Source: Macrostomum hystrix
Lineage: Eukaryota > Animalia > Platyhelminthes
Direction of reading: 5' to 3'
Length of the DNA: 64,000 bases
Assembly (NCBI GenBank): GCA_950097015.1
Contig: CATNEN010000038.1
Location: 5,890,001 to 5,954,000, forward strand
A model generated the notes under the pieces. The model saw only the letters and a program-made list of their open reading frames with translations, was not told the origin of the DNA and ran no database searches. Position 1 is the first letter of the stretch, and every line of letters starts with the position of its first letter. The position numbers and the translations under genes are program-made. This document shows positions 25,040 through 37,690 of the stretch, piece after piece.

Positions 25040-26620
25040 TCATTGGCTGCGGTTCACTCCGTCACTGGAATCGTCGCGTGAAGTTGTCACTATACAGACA
25101 GCAGCTTGAACAGCTGACTCATTGGTCAACACTGTCGCAGACTGCTGCATGTGCAGGCTGCTGCTACGCAGCTCGTGCATCAGCAACGCCTGTGTCTCCC
25201 TCACGCGGTCCGGTGTCGTCGGCCAAAGCCGACGCAGCGGCGTCTGTGTCGGTGACGCCAGAGACAGAGCCGGTGAGCGGTTCGGGCCGAATCCGAACTC
25301 GCCACCACCGTAGTGACTGAAGCTCGCGGGTGACGGTGGTGGCTGCATCAGCAGGTGCTGCTGCTGGCGACGACGTCCACCGTTTGTTTGGCCGCTGTTG
25401 CTGCCGCAGACAGTACTTCTGCCTCCGCGGCGTCGCCTACAGCTGAGCAGGCTGATGAAGGCACGTCGAAAGTCGCGCATTGAGTGGGCATAGATGGCCG
25501 GATTGACGGAGCTGTTGACATAGCCGAGCCACGTGACCACCGCAAAGATACGGGCCTCCCCATCGCCGAGGCCGCCGCCGCTGAGCGCAGCTATCACATT
25601 GCAGACAAAGAACGGCATCCAGCAGGCAATGAACACGCCCATAACAATTCCAAGCGTCTTGGCGGCTCTCTGCTCGCGAGAGAAGCGCAGTAACTTTTTG
25701 CGTACACCGAAGCTGCTGCGGAGTCGTCGGGCGAAGCCCCGAGCACCGCCACCACCGTTGTGCTCGTCATCTTCGTCGCTGCCCGTTGCGATTTCGTCAA
25801 TGACTTCGCCACCGCAGTAACAGTTATTTTCGTCTTCTCTTCGACTTGCTGCCCCGCCGACGCCAGCGCCGCAGTTTCCGCCGCCGCGGTGAATTCGAAG
25901 TACAACTGAGGTCTGGAGGCCGCTGCCGCGCAGGACTTTGGCTCCGGACTGCCAGCCTCTGACCAGGTGCACCGCTGTGCGGTAGATCTTCCAATAGACA
26001 AACACCATGACGAGTAGAGGCGCGTAGAACGACACAATAGATGAGCAGATCAGATAGGCTGGGTCACTTGTGAACTTACAGCTGCTATGTGTTTCGTGAG
26101 AAGCAGCCAACCTCATGGACGGCTCCGCAGCGTGCCACCAGGCGATGGCGGGGAAGCTAATGAGGCTGGCGCAAATCCACACGGCGCCGATCATCATCAG
26201 ACAACGACGCTTTGTCACTTTCGACGGGTAGCTCATGGGATTCTCTATGGCCCAGTAGCGCTCGATGGCAATCATGCACAGATTGAGAATGCTGGCCGTT
26301 GAGCTCAGCACGTCGAAAGCGTGCCAGAGGTCGCACCATGTGGCACCGAACGGCCAGCGGTCGTTTGTTACGTGGCTAGCGACGGCGAACGGCATGACAA
26401 CGGCACCCATGAGGAGATCAGCTGTGGCCAGCGACACGATGAAGTAGTTCGTGATGGACCGAAGATAGTGCTCCCGGAGCACGGCGACAATCACTAGTGA
26501 GTTTCCGAACACGGTTACGCATACAAAGACGGACAGCAGGCAGCCGAGTGCCGCGTCCTGCGCCCTGATGCCCGGAACCGTGCCGTTGATAGACAAGTTT
26601 TGGACTGCGGAAGTTGCCAT
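25040..26620 (-). CDS. Dop1R2-like: Aminergic GPCR, invertebrate D1-like dopamine receptor (Dop1R2/INDR type), intronless, 526 aa
   Basis: 7TM: TNYFIVSLATADL, WHAFDVLSSTASILNLC, ERYWAI, FPAIAWW, TM5 serines SSIVSFY, VLRIHRGG, REQRAAKTLGIVMGVF, WLGYVNSSVNPAIY. Confidence 0.9.
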   Translation of the reverse strand: MATSAVQNLSINGTVPGIRAQDAALGCLLSVFVCVTVFGNSLVIVAVLREHYLRSITNYFIVSLATADLLMGAVVMPFAVASHVTNDRWPFGATWCDLWHAFDVLSSTASILNLCMIAIERYWAIENPMSYPSKVTKRRCLMMIGAVWICASLISFPAIAWWHAAEPSMRLAASHETHSSCKFTSDPAYLICSSIVSFYAPLLVMVFVYWKIYRTAVHLVRGWQSGAKVLRGSGLQTSVVLRIHRGGGNCGAGVGGAASRREDENNCYCGGEVIDEIATGSDEDDEHNGGGGARGFARRLRSSFGVRKKLLRFSREQRAAKTLGIVMGVFIACWMPFFVCNVIAALSGGGLGDGEARIFAVVTWLGYVNSSVNPAIYAHSMRDFRRAFISLLSCRRRRGGRSTVCGSNSGQTNGGRRRQQQHLLMQPPPSPASFSHYGGGEFGFGPNRSPALSLASPTQTPLRRLWPTTPDRVRETQALLMHELRSSSLHMQQSATVLTNESAVQAAVCIVTTSRDDSSDGVNRSQ

Positions 26621-28984
26621 ATCTACGCTAATTTCGGATTCTAAATTTGCGAATTTAGAATTTCACTGCCAATGAAAGGGAAATGAGCAGCGGAAGTTTA
26701 GTTCTGTCGGCGTGGATTTTATAGCAAGGGGTGCTTTTTGCGCGGTGTTTTAGCTCAGAATTTGACTCGCCATGCTATGACTGGATGGAACTTTGAACCA
26801 ATGAGAAGCAAGATAATAGGATCCCTTCTTATCTCAGCTATATGCACTAATCCTGTGCGTACTAATCCAAGTCCGCTTTGGAAATGAAGACCTCACTGGA
26901 GAAATATGCATTGCTTGTCGAAAAACTTTATAGCCTTTAAAGATTTTGCTTTTGTACTTTCCATCATTTTTACGAGTTGTAATTCATTAGACTCAAAGCA
27001 TTCTTTGGGTTAAAGTTTGGATCTGGGTGCTAATCATTTTTTTTCAAATCCACTCTACTCATAGTCGTCCAGGAAAAGTCGGCTACACCGGCCATTCACC
27101 CAGCATGCTATCTAGTTAGAGCCACGCAAGACAGGCAAAGAACAGAAGACTGTGCTTGGCGAGAGTGCTAAAATTCTCCATTATTTAAGGACGCTTGCCT
27201 GAGCCAAGCAGAGGAAGGAAGGAAGGACAACGAAAAAAAGCAGTGGAGAGGTTCATAATTAGGTGTTCTAGTATAAACGAGATTCAGCTACCGTTAAGTC
27301 AGGAAATAGGGCATTGGAATTCGAATTTTAAGCCTCTTTAAACCAAGTTATTGTAATAATAAAGACTGGTGATTGAGGTCATAGACAATTGACGCCAGAA
27401 ATAGCCAGTCTCTATTGACATTGAAAACCGCAGTGAACAGTAGTCCATTAATGACTGCTGCCAGTGCCACCCATTTGAGACGCGGCAAAATTGGCGGTCA
27501 ATAATTTAGACCATTAATGACCGCTGCTGATGTCTATGGCAAACACCATGACAGACGAATCCTAGAGATGGGAGAGAGAAAAAGTGCAGAGTGTGGAAAG
27601 AGAGCCCTCTTTGTCTATGGTCAAAATCAACACAACTCGAATCAGAGTGATATTAAGACTGTTTTCCGCAGTTTCTTCTTCTCGCCTTCGTTTGCCACTG
27701 CAGTCAGTCCAGACAGCACTTCGAAACCTTCCCACATCGATTGCCATTGGGCAAATTGGTGCTTCTGGGATTCAATGTCGAACTTCGGTGCGGATTTATT
27801 GACGATCTTGCTGGTCATGGTTTTCTCGGTGGCTTAATTGGCTTAGCGTAATAATCCGCTCAGTCGCGGTGGCCGTCTTCAGTATATTTGCATACGGTTA
27901 CAGGCACGCGTATAATTGTCCATGGCCAAAGCCACACAACTAAGGCTGGGGATACACCAGCGCATAGTGAGAACAAAGGAATAAAAAAAGTATCAAAACT
28001 GATGTTTTGCTTAGAACTCATTATGCTGGCAGGGAGCTGGGGCAGTAGCTTGATCTCTCAGTGTTTTATTCAGTCGTCGTTCGCCAAAATACTTTAGAAG
28101 AGCATTCTAATCGGCAATTTTTACGATATTATTATACGAGTATAGTATTATGGTAGCTCGTCAGATTTTCCTAAGAAATCACTTTATGCGGAGCCTGACA
28201 AATTGCAGGAGCCTGGCGCGAATTCCCAAGTGGGAAGCGATAGCAAATACTCTTAGCCATTTGGGAAAGTTCTTCCCAAGAGTGAGTTGCATGATTGCCC
28301 AGTTTGGCAATATAATTTGCATAATTTGTACTTTTAGCCGTTCCCTAACAACGAATATCATATCGTTCTTAAAAAGCAGCGAGGGTCAGAAAAAAACAAG
28401 TATTTTTAGAAAATCTTAAGACAGCATTGCCACGTGGCTTAATAGTGCGTTGGAGGTTTCTGAAGATCGGAGCAGGTGAAAATAATGATTTCTAGAATCC
28501 GCTTTACTATGGCAGAAGCCATTAATTACATATTGGCTTAGGCAAATTCTGACAGACATCACTGACAGCTTACAAGATCAGTGGGGAGCCCTGCCGCCAT
28601 TCATTCATCTCAGAACTGCGTACCGTGAGTCAGGTCATAACTGACTCTCGCGTCATCACCGGGTTGCTCTCTTCTGCTTAATATCTCATCAGAGCTAGAC
28701 TGCTCACAGATCAGACAACTGGAGCTTACATGAAGCCTGGGTGTTGCAGGCCAGCCACAATTTAACTTAATAATTCTATCCAGCTCATCTATTTGCGCGC
28801 AGGCTACCCCACAGTGAAGTTGAGCATAAATAAATAAGAACTGACGCAGACAAGCCTGTGCGAACTGTGTACTATTCCATCCTTGGGACCACCCGGCTGT
28901 TTAAACTGCTGCTTCAGATGCCTTGTCGTTAGAATAAGTGCAACAATTATAAACCATTGTTGGGGATTGCTGAACCTATTTTTA

Positions 28985-30152
28985 GGGGGTGCATGGTAGC
29001 GCGGTCTAACACGCGCTTGCCTCTCGCATCAAGGTCGTTGAGCTCGATTCCGCGGCGAGGCCACGTTTAATTAGGGTGTGTAATCGGCCAAGTTTAATAA
29101 GTAAAGCATTTTTTTGTAAAAAAAATATTTTTATGTTTGTACACTTGTAATAAAATTGAAATTAATTCCTACGTATAATTGTTAAATTCGCGCCGACGCC
29201 AAAAATCATTTTGTTTAAATTACCGTATTTTACGCAATATTGTCACGCATTGGCAAGTCTTGATTTAAATTTGTGAAAAATCAAGACTAAAAAGTCTATA
29301 AACACACGCGAGTTTTGAGTAGAAAAAAACAACGTCGTTTGCACCCGCACGCTCAAATAGTAAAAAAGAAATTCAGATCGAGAATAAAAGCAAGTTTTAT
29401 TTTTCAAATTAAGAGAGAAAGATTCGTGTTAAAGTGTTGGAATTATTCTTCTATACAAGAGGCTGAAAACACGAAGAATTTACGAAGATATTATAAAACA
29501 ACACTAATCTAAGTAAACTAAGTAAACTAATTAAGTACTAAGTAATTTTTTAGTAATTAATTTAATACTAGGTCAACTTAGTAATACAGGATAATTAGCA
29601 AAAATTATATATCAAATAATACTTATAGTTATACTCGTACATTGACAAAGTCAATAAAAGAAGCCGTGACGGATCTGAATCCATGGGAGCCTAATCTGAC
29701 TGCGAAATCATTTTCAGTGGCCTAATAGACCGCTCGTGCAGTAATTAAATCGCTAACTGCATAATCTTGAAATTTAAATACTGGGAAACATTGTTAAAGA
29801 TTGTTAAAGAGTCTAAGAACAAATATAATTTAAATTTTGTTAAAGAGATCAAATAAGATATAGCCCTACACAACTTTGGTGGATTCATTTGGATAAAGAC
29901 TCTACTAAGAAGCGGAGAGAAGACTTAGGGGTTGTCGTGCAATTCACGCCCTTTGAGGGCCAACCTCCAAGGCTTAGTGAGAGTGTAAACTGCCTGACGA
30001 TTCACTTGTGTAAGCGTGTGTCTGCGTAGAGTATGTGTGCGTGTGTGCTCAGGAGTCAGCAGAATGGACAGTATTCCCCCCCACGCTGGCTGCGTGTCTT
30101 TTGTCACGAATTGTGTGCCAGTACCTAGAGCCCTCCTGCTAAGGTTATTATT
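28985..30152 (+). mobile_element. tRNA-SINE family A copy split by an about 830-bp AT-rich insert (about 29073-29910)
   Basis: Head gggggtgcatggtagcgcgg...gctcgattccgcggcgaggccac at 28985-29064; body resumes at gcggagagaagacttagggg (about 29911) and runs to ttattatta. Confidence 0.75.
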
Positions 30153-32124
30153 ACGAGCTATATCAATATCGCAATACCCTAAAACGCATTAAATGCTTTT
30201 ATTCCATGCAATAGAAATTCAGCGGTCAGGTGTGTGGGCGATGCCGTCCAGAAAGCTACTAATTTAGGAGCTGCAACTGTTGGCTAGACAATGTTTCGTT
30301 TTCTGCTCAATGTGAATTGCTGCGCTTGTATTAGGGCCTCGAATTTCTAGTCGAATTCTTTGCTTGAGTTGCACCGGGCTCTAGTTACATCAAGCATGTA
30401 TATCTGCGAGACTGGAGTGACGGCGTATCGAAGTGAGACCTACTCAATCAGCTCTTCTCCTCCGCTAGCGGAGCTGCGGGCAGGTCCCCAGGCCCTGCGG
30501 GCTGTTAGACGAGTTCCATGCGCAGTGAGGCGAGCTGCCGATGCACTCGGCACAGGCCGGAGTCATGCAGCTCCGCTGGCCACTTCAGCCTGTGACGCGC
30601 AATAGCGAGAGGAAAAGAGACGCAATGAGGCCTTGAGAGAAGCGCTCACTCAAGTGGGCGTCCGTCGACCCTCTTAACCCAATGCAAGGCCGTTGCGTCT
30701 CCCCATTCCTTAGCTGGGAGTTTTTGGTCATGCGTGAAAATACACAACAAGACTTTCGCCTGAAACTGCAGCTGGCCGGGTGGCATTTCTTCACAGAGTT
30801 TCTATGAAAACTCAGACCTACCGGGCTTCGAGTAGTTGCGAGACCTTTTCAACCTCAAAATATTGCAGTTCATAAGAATGAAAAGCTTGTTAAGAGCTCT
30901 TAGGGGAGTCCTAGCTGGTGACACCGGAAAGAAGCGGCACCTGTTAGCCCCTAGTAACCAACATAAAGCGGAAAATAATTCACAAGGCGTTTATTTTAGT
31001 CATCGAGGCGTTCGACGCAAATCAGGCGACAAATGAATGGGCTAATTATATGAAACTTGAGCTGCCACAGTAAATATAATTTATTTAATGTAACGATAGA
31101 AAAGCTAACTTTAAGGTGCACGCTGACGATGTAATATTTTGCTATCAGCAAGAAACAATTAAAATGGGTTCAGAGAGAAGACTGGCAGGGAATTCACCGT
31201 CAAAGAAAAACGGTAAACAGAAAATGGGACGTAAGGAGCTCTGATATTTAGCCCTCAAATTAGTACTTTTAAAATAGCATACACGACGAGAATAATGAAC
31301 TAGAGAAACTGTCAAGTGTGTTTCTATAAATAGAAACTGACGTAAGACAACCAAAGGAACAGGCACATGAAAATGGGGTTTTTAGCTAAAAATAGCACTG
31401 ACTTCACTGTATGCAGGACATATGTAGGGAGCGCGCGAGTGGAGCCGGCGGGAATCAAGCATGGAACAAAGAACATGGTATAGTAAGAGACTATAGAATG
31501 TTAGCAAACGAATTGGCAAGCCTACATAGGAAACGTGTGTAAATGAGTTACTTAATAAATGTAACACACTAGGGACTCGCTTCACAAGTAAAGCGAATAC
31601 AGAAGACATTACCTGTGTCAGGTAAAGTGAGGCTTGTTAAGCCTGATGAGGCCTAACTTACGGCTCATAGCGAAGAAATTATCACGAACTGGCCCGCAAA
31701 GAGGCGTGGTTTCGGACGGAGTCGCTATTTTCGGATGCAGCAGTCTGCCTCAGTCTCCGAGGGTGGTCAATGCGATACCCTTGTCTCTATAACCATCTGC
31801 TTTAGCCTGCTGAAACGGATAGCTTCAGTGGAACAGTCTTTGTGTTTTAAAAATGACGCATTTAGAAAGATACAATCAAGTACTGTTTAATTGCTCAAAT
31901 CCTAGCGAAATTAGCAAAATAAAAAATCGATACAAATGATTAAATCTGCTTAAACAATCATTTTGCCATTTTCCTAATCTGGATATTTATTAAAAGCTAT
32001 TCAATCCAAAATGGCGAGTCTGCGATGGCCAATAAGAACATCGCAAAAGTCAATGGGAGATCCTATATGATTCAGGCTTAGGTAAGATCCTAATAATTGC
32101 ATGAGAATTTGCTTTCCTGTTTTA

Positions 32125-35100
32125 CTGTATGGGAATGTGTGTGGGAACTGTATGGGAATGTGTGTGGGAACTGTATGGGAATGTCTGTGGGAACTGTATG
32201 GGAATGGGTGCGGGAACTGTCTGGGAATGTGTGTGGGAACTGTATGGGAATGGGTGCGGGAACTGTATGGGAATGTCTGTGGGAACTGTATGGGAATGTG
32301 TGTGGGAACTGTCTGGGAATGGGTGTGGGAACTGTCTGGGAATGGGTGCGGGAACTGTATGGGAATGTGTGTGGGAACTGTATGGGAATGTGTGTGGGAA
32401 CTGCATGGGAATGTGTGTGGGAACTGTCTGGGAATGTGTGTGGGAACTGTATGGGAATGTGTGTGGGAACTGTATGGGAATGTGTGTGGGAATTGTATGG
32501 GAATGTGTGTGGGAACTGTATGGGAATGGGTGCGGGAACTGTATGGGAATGTCTGTGGGAACTGTATGGGAATGTGTGTGGGAACTGTATGGGAATGGGT
32601 GCGGGAACTGTATGGGAATGTGTGTGGGAACTGTATGGGAATGTCTGTGGGAACTGCATGGGAATGTCTGTGGGAACTGTATGGGAATGTGTGGGGGAAC
32701 TGTATGGGAATGTGTGTGGGAACTGTATGGGAATGTGTGTGGGAACTGTATGGGAATGTGTGTGGGAACTGTATGGGAATGTCTGTGGGAACTGTATGGG
32801 AATGTGTGTGGGAACTGTATGGGAATGTGTGTGGGAACTGTATGGAAATGTGTGTGGGAACTGTATGGGAATGTGTGTGGGAACTGTATGGGAATGTGTG
32901 TGGGAACTGTATGGGAATGTCTGTGGGAACTGTATGGGAATGGGTGCAGGAACTGTATGGGAATGTGTGTGGGAACTGTATGGGAATGTCTGCGGGAACT
33001 GTATGGGAATGTGTGTGGGAACTGTATGGGAATGTGTGTGGGAATTGTATGGGAATGTGTGTGGGAACTGTGTGGGAATGTGTGTGGGAACTGTATGGGA
33101 ATGTGTGTGGGAACTGTATGGGAATGTGTGTGGGAACTGTATGGGAATGTGTGTGGGAACTGTATGGGAATGTGTGTGGGAACTGTATGGGAATGTGTGT
33201 GGGAACTGTCTGGGAATGTGTGTGGGAACTGTATGGGAATGGGTGCGGGAACTGTATGGGAATGTCTGTGGGAACTGTATGGGAATGGGTGTGGGAACTG
33301 TCTGGGAATGGGTGCGGGAACTGTATGGGAATGTGTGTGGGAACTGTATGGGAATGTGTGTGGGAACTGTATGGGAATGTGTGTGGGAACTGTATGGAAA
33401 TGTGTGTGGGAACTGTATGGGAATGTGTGTGGGAACTGTATGGGAATGTGTGTGGGAACTGTATGGGAATGTGTGTGGGAACTGTCTGGGAATGGGTGCG
33501 GGAATTGTATGGGAATGTGTGTGGGAACTGTCTGGGAATGTGTGTAGGAGCTGTCTGGGAATGTGTGTGGGAACTGTATGGGAATGGGTGCGGGAACTGT
33601 ATGGGAATGTGTGTGGGAACTGTATGGGAATGGGTGCGGGAACTGTATGGGAATGTGTGTGGGAACTGTATGGGAATGTGTGTGGGAACTGTATGGGAAT
33701 GTCTGTGGGAACTGTATGGGAATGTCTGCGGGAACTGTATGGGAATGTGTGTGGGAACTGTATGGGAATGTGTGTGGGAACTGTATGGGAATGTGTGTGG
33801 GAACTGTATGGGAATGGGTGCGGGAACTGTATGGGAATGTGTGTGGGAACTGTATGGGAATGGGTGCGGGAACTGTATGGGAATGTGTGTGGGAACTGTA
33901 TGGGAATGTGTGTGGGAACTGTATGGGAATGTCTGTGGGAACTGTATGGGAATGTGTGTGGGAACTGTATGGGAATGTCTGTGGGAACTGTGTGGGAATG
34001 TGTGTGGGAACTGTGTGGGAATGTGTGTGGGAACTGTATGGGAATGTGTGTGGGAACTGTATGGGAATGTGTGTGGGAACTGTATGGGAATGTGTGTGGG
34101 AACTGTATGGGAATGTGTGTGGGAACTGTATGGGAATGGGTGCGGGAACTGTATGGGAATGTGTGTGGGAACTGTATGGGAATGGGTGCGGGAACTGTAT
34201 GGGAATGTGTGTGGGAACTGTATGGGAATGTGTGTGGGAACTGTATGGGAATGTCTGTGGGAACTGTATGGGAATGTGTGTGGGAACTGTCTGGGAATGG
34301 GTGCGGGAATTGTATGGGAATGTGTGTGGGAACTGTCTGGGAATGTGTGTGGGAGCTGTCTGGGAATGTGTGTGGGAACTGTATGGGAATGGGTGCGGGA
34401 ACTGTATGGGAATGTGTGTGGGAACTGTATGGGAATGGGTGCGGGAACTGTATGGGAATGTGTGTGGGAACTGTATGGGAATGTGTGTGGGAACTGTATG
34501 GGAATGTCTGTGGGAACTGTATGGGAATGTCTGCGGGAACTGTATGGGAATGTGTGTGGGAACTGTATGGGAATGTGTGTGGGAACTGTATGGGAATGTG
34601 TGTGGGAACTGTATGGGAATGGGTGCGGGAACTGTATGGGAATGTGTGTGGGAACTGTATGGGAATGTGTGTGGGAACTGTATGGGAATGTGTGTGGGAA
34701 CTGTATGGGAATGTGTGTGGGAACTGTATGGGAATGTCTGTGGGAACTGTACGGGAATGTGTGTGGGAACTGTATGGGAATGTGTGTGGGAGCTGTCTGG
34801 GAATGTGTGTGGGAACTGTATGGGAATGTGTGTGGGAGCTGTCTAGGAATGGGTGCGGGAACTGTATGGGAATGTGTGTGGGAACTGTATGGGAATGTGT
34901 GTGGGAACTGTATGGGAATGTGTGTGGGAACTGTATGGGAATGTGTGTGGGAACTGTATGGGAATGTCTGTGGGAACTGTACGGGAATGTGTGTGGGAAC
35001 TGTATGGGAATGTCTGTGGGAACTGTACGGGAATGTGTGTGGGAACTGTATGGGAATGTCTGTGGGAACTGTCTGGGAATGTGTGTGGGAACTGTATGGG

Positions 35101-35160
35101 AATGTGTGTGGGAGCTGTCTAGGAATGGGTGCGGGAACTGTATGGGAATGGGTGTGGGAA
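32125..35160. repeat. 23-bp satellite (gggaactgtatgggaatgtgtgt)n, about 130 units
   Basis: Uninterrupted 23-bp periodicity over about 3 kb; explains the 23-aa-periodic ORFs. Confidence 0.98.
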
Positions 35161-36831
35161 GTCCAGGTCATGGCTAGTGAGAACTAGCTAGACCTCAAGC
35201 AAGTTTCGGACTTTTGATAAAAGATGGCCATCAAGAAGCGGTCCAAAAGTGCTGCAAACTTTTTACTCAAATCCGGCAGTGCTCGAGCTGAGCAAATACT
35301 TGGAAGTTGACAGCGTCTGTTGAGCTCCTGCCGTTCGCGCCGCCTGAGGCCCTGAAGTGTTAATTACTCGTTGGAATCCATTGGGAAGGGCGGAAGGCGG
35401 TGGAGTAGGACTCATTTGCATTCGCGGTAGCTCTCTCTCCCCTCTCTGGCTGGCAGGCGATAAAATAAGGAAGAAAGCAGGACAGCGGAAGACGAGAGGA
35501 AGGCGGCAACCGTTCAAAGCCTGGCGGAGCCACTGAATTGATTATTTGGATTCGAAAGAGGAACAAGACTGCTCAAGACTGGACTCTCGCTTTCATTTGC
35601 CAAAGGAATTCGAATCCTAAGCCAAATCTCTGCGGGGCATTTTGTTATTTGAGTCATTTGAATTGCGACTTGTGTGCTCTCGGACATTCGTTAATCTAAT
35701 TAAAAGTGCAAGATTGAAAATTTAACATGGCTCGATTTTTCGGACATTTTTGCTCATCTAGAACATTACTCATTGCTCATTACTGAGTAATGACTGCGGT
35801 TGCTGCATTTCGATAAAAAATTTGCTCACAAGGGGATAGCAAATTTTCTAAATGTACCGATTTCTTAAGCAAGAAACGGTCGAAACGATGATCTTCCATT
35901 AGGGTTGATATTTTGATAATGGATGTTAACGTCTATGCGCACTCACCGCCCCAGTCTGTCTGGTTGTAGTAGTTGGGAGTTCGTCCGTCAAACTGCAGAC
36001 ATGCGAAGTGGCACGGACCCGAAATGCAGGGCCGAAGCATGCAGCAGGTGATTTATATGCGGTTTGATGCCTACAGTCAGTTTTCGATAAGATGCTGAGT
36101 GTGTGGCGAGATTGGAAGCTACTTGTAGTAATTCTCTCAAACTCAATTATAAGATTTGATCACTGATCTCACATTCATCCTCCCGAGCTAAAATCGCAAA
36201 TCACTTCATGGAATCAACCGCTCGAAATCCCATCCACGGCCCACCACTAGTCGAGGAGGGATTACGCAGTGCATTTCAAAAAACGGCTTCAGTCGATGGG
36301 CCTTTAGAGGGCTATGATTACTTGTCATAAAACCCGGCTGAGCTATTTGGCTTTCCTTCCAAAATTTTATTAAGAGTAGAAACACCATGCTGCTTTCCCA
36401 CTGGCGAATGACCACGGCGGATACTTTATATACCCGCTGCCTACTTCACGACAGCTCCCAAACCGAATGGCCGATTTTCGTGAAAGTCCACCATCTGAAT
36501 CAAAATTTTTCGTCCTTTAGGATGAACCAACTTTCAAAGCTGTCCGATTCAGCATCGTTGAGACATCCAGCAATTTTTATCAAAGACCCTCGTGACAACT
36601 GTTGTTGACATATTTGTGAAAAACTATCAGAAACATATATCAAATTTTCTTTAAAGTTATACATTGACAAATTCACTAAGAGAAGTCGTGACCCTCAGAA
36701 TCATTGGAAACGCCTAACTCAGACTGGGGAAGTAACAGATAGCCTTAAACCGCTCGTGCAAAGAACGCTACCACCACAGTAAAACATATACTCGTATTTC
36801 TAAGGAATAGGTAAGAGATTTTAAAAAGAGT

Positions 36832-37235
36832 ATATTATTATTATTATTATTAAAACGCGCACGCCATCTATGGGTGCTGATTTTTTTTGACAGCAAATAT
36901 TTTAATGGTAAACAAAAAACATTACATAAAAAGCGAAGTTTTGAAGGATTCAACTATTGAGCTGGGAAGGGAAAAGCAAAAGCAAAGGTATTAAAAATAA
37001 GAGCAGCAAAAACACAAGGGACGCAAGGAATAAAACAAAATATGAAATATATATTGTTAAATTTAAAACGAGCACGTAGTCTCAGGGCAGCTGTTCCCTT
37101 ATTTTAGAGATATCTATGATGTACTTTGCTAAAGCTTCAATGGTTTCCCTATCGTCTTGAGCCACTATGTATTATAGTTAGATTTCTCTTCTGCTGTTAA
37201 GGATATGAAATTGGGAGTTTTCCCAGAAATTTCCT
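36832..37235 (-). mobile_element. Second 3' fragment of the LINE family seen at 4310-5036
   Basis: Reverse complement of the same ORF end (...REQLP*), 3' UTR, gcacccatagatggcgtgcgcgtttt hairpin and (taa)n tail. Confidence 0.85.
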
Positions 37236-37439
37236 TCTCAAAATCTCAATATATAGTAATACCAAGAAATCAATATCAAATATACTGTTAGAATATATAC
37301 CAGAGTTTACAAAGATACTAACAGCAAGTGAGAAGTTGAATTTAGAAGTAGAGCCCTGTGTCAATTTTGGTGGCATCATTGGGATAGCAACTTCACAAAG
37401 AAGTTAGGCCGGCGACAGAATTAACACAATATAATCGAG

Positions 37440-37690
37440 AAGAATAGCCGATATAGTTACAATATGAAATTTTGAGATCAGAAAAATTGTCTTTATTGAA
37501 CATCCCGACGATAATTGTTGAATCTCTACGACGCCGATGTTTTCTTATTCTGGAACTTTTTATATCGGATAGAGGGGAAACATTTAGCCTGGGTTCTGGA
37601 TTTTTATGCAATTGGTTGAATATTTTCGGAGAAATAGGAAAAACTGTGTATCTGAGATACCCCGTAGTCTTTATTCTTTCTCCTGTTAAT
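37440..37690 (+). repeat. Dispersed non-coding repeat (family C); other copies at about 42605-42810 (-) and about 58585-58830 (+)
   Basis: Shared blocks atgaaattt..gcagaaa, cgatgccgatgtttt..attctggaa, tttagcc..gttctgga, ttgaatatttt.ggaga. Confidence 0.6.

Noticed and set aside
28985-29064. Genuine tRNA gene
   Set aside because: No proper acceptor stem and it is attached to the SINE body; treated as a SINE head.
32001-35187. ORFs over 1000 aa on both strands (Cys/Trp/Gly-rich, His/Pro/Thr-rich)
   Set aside because: Artefact of a stop-free 23-bp satellite; the same periodic peptide appears in several frames.
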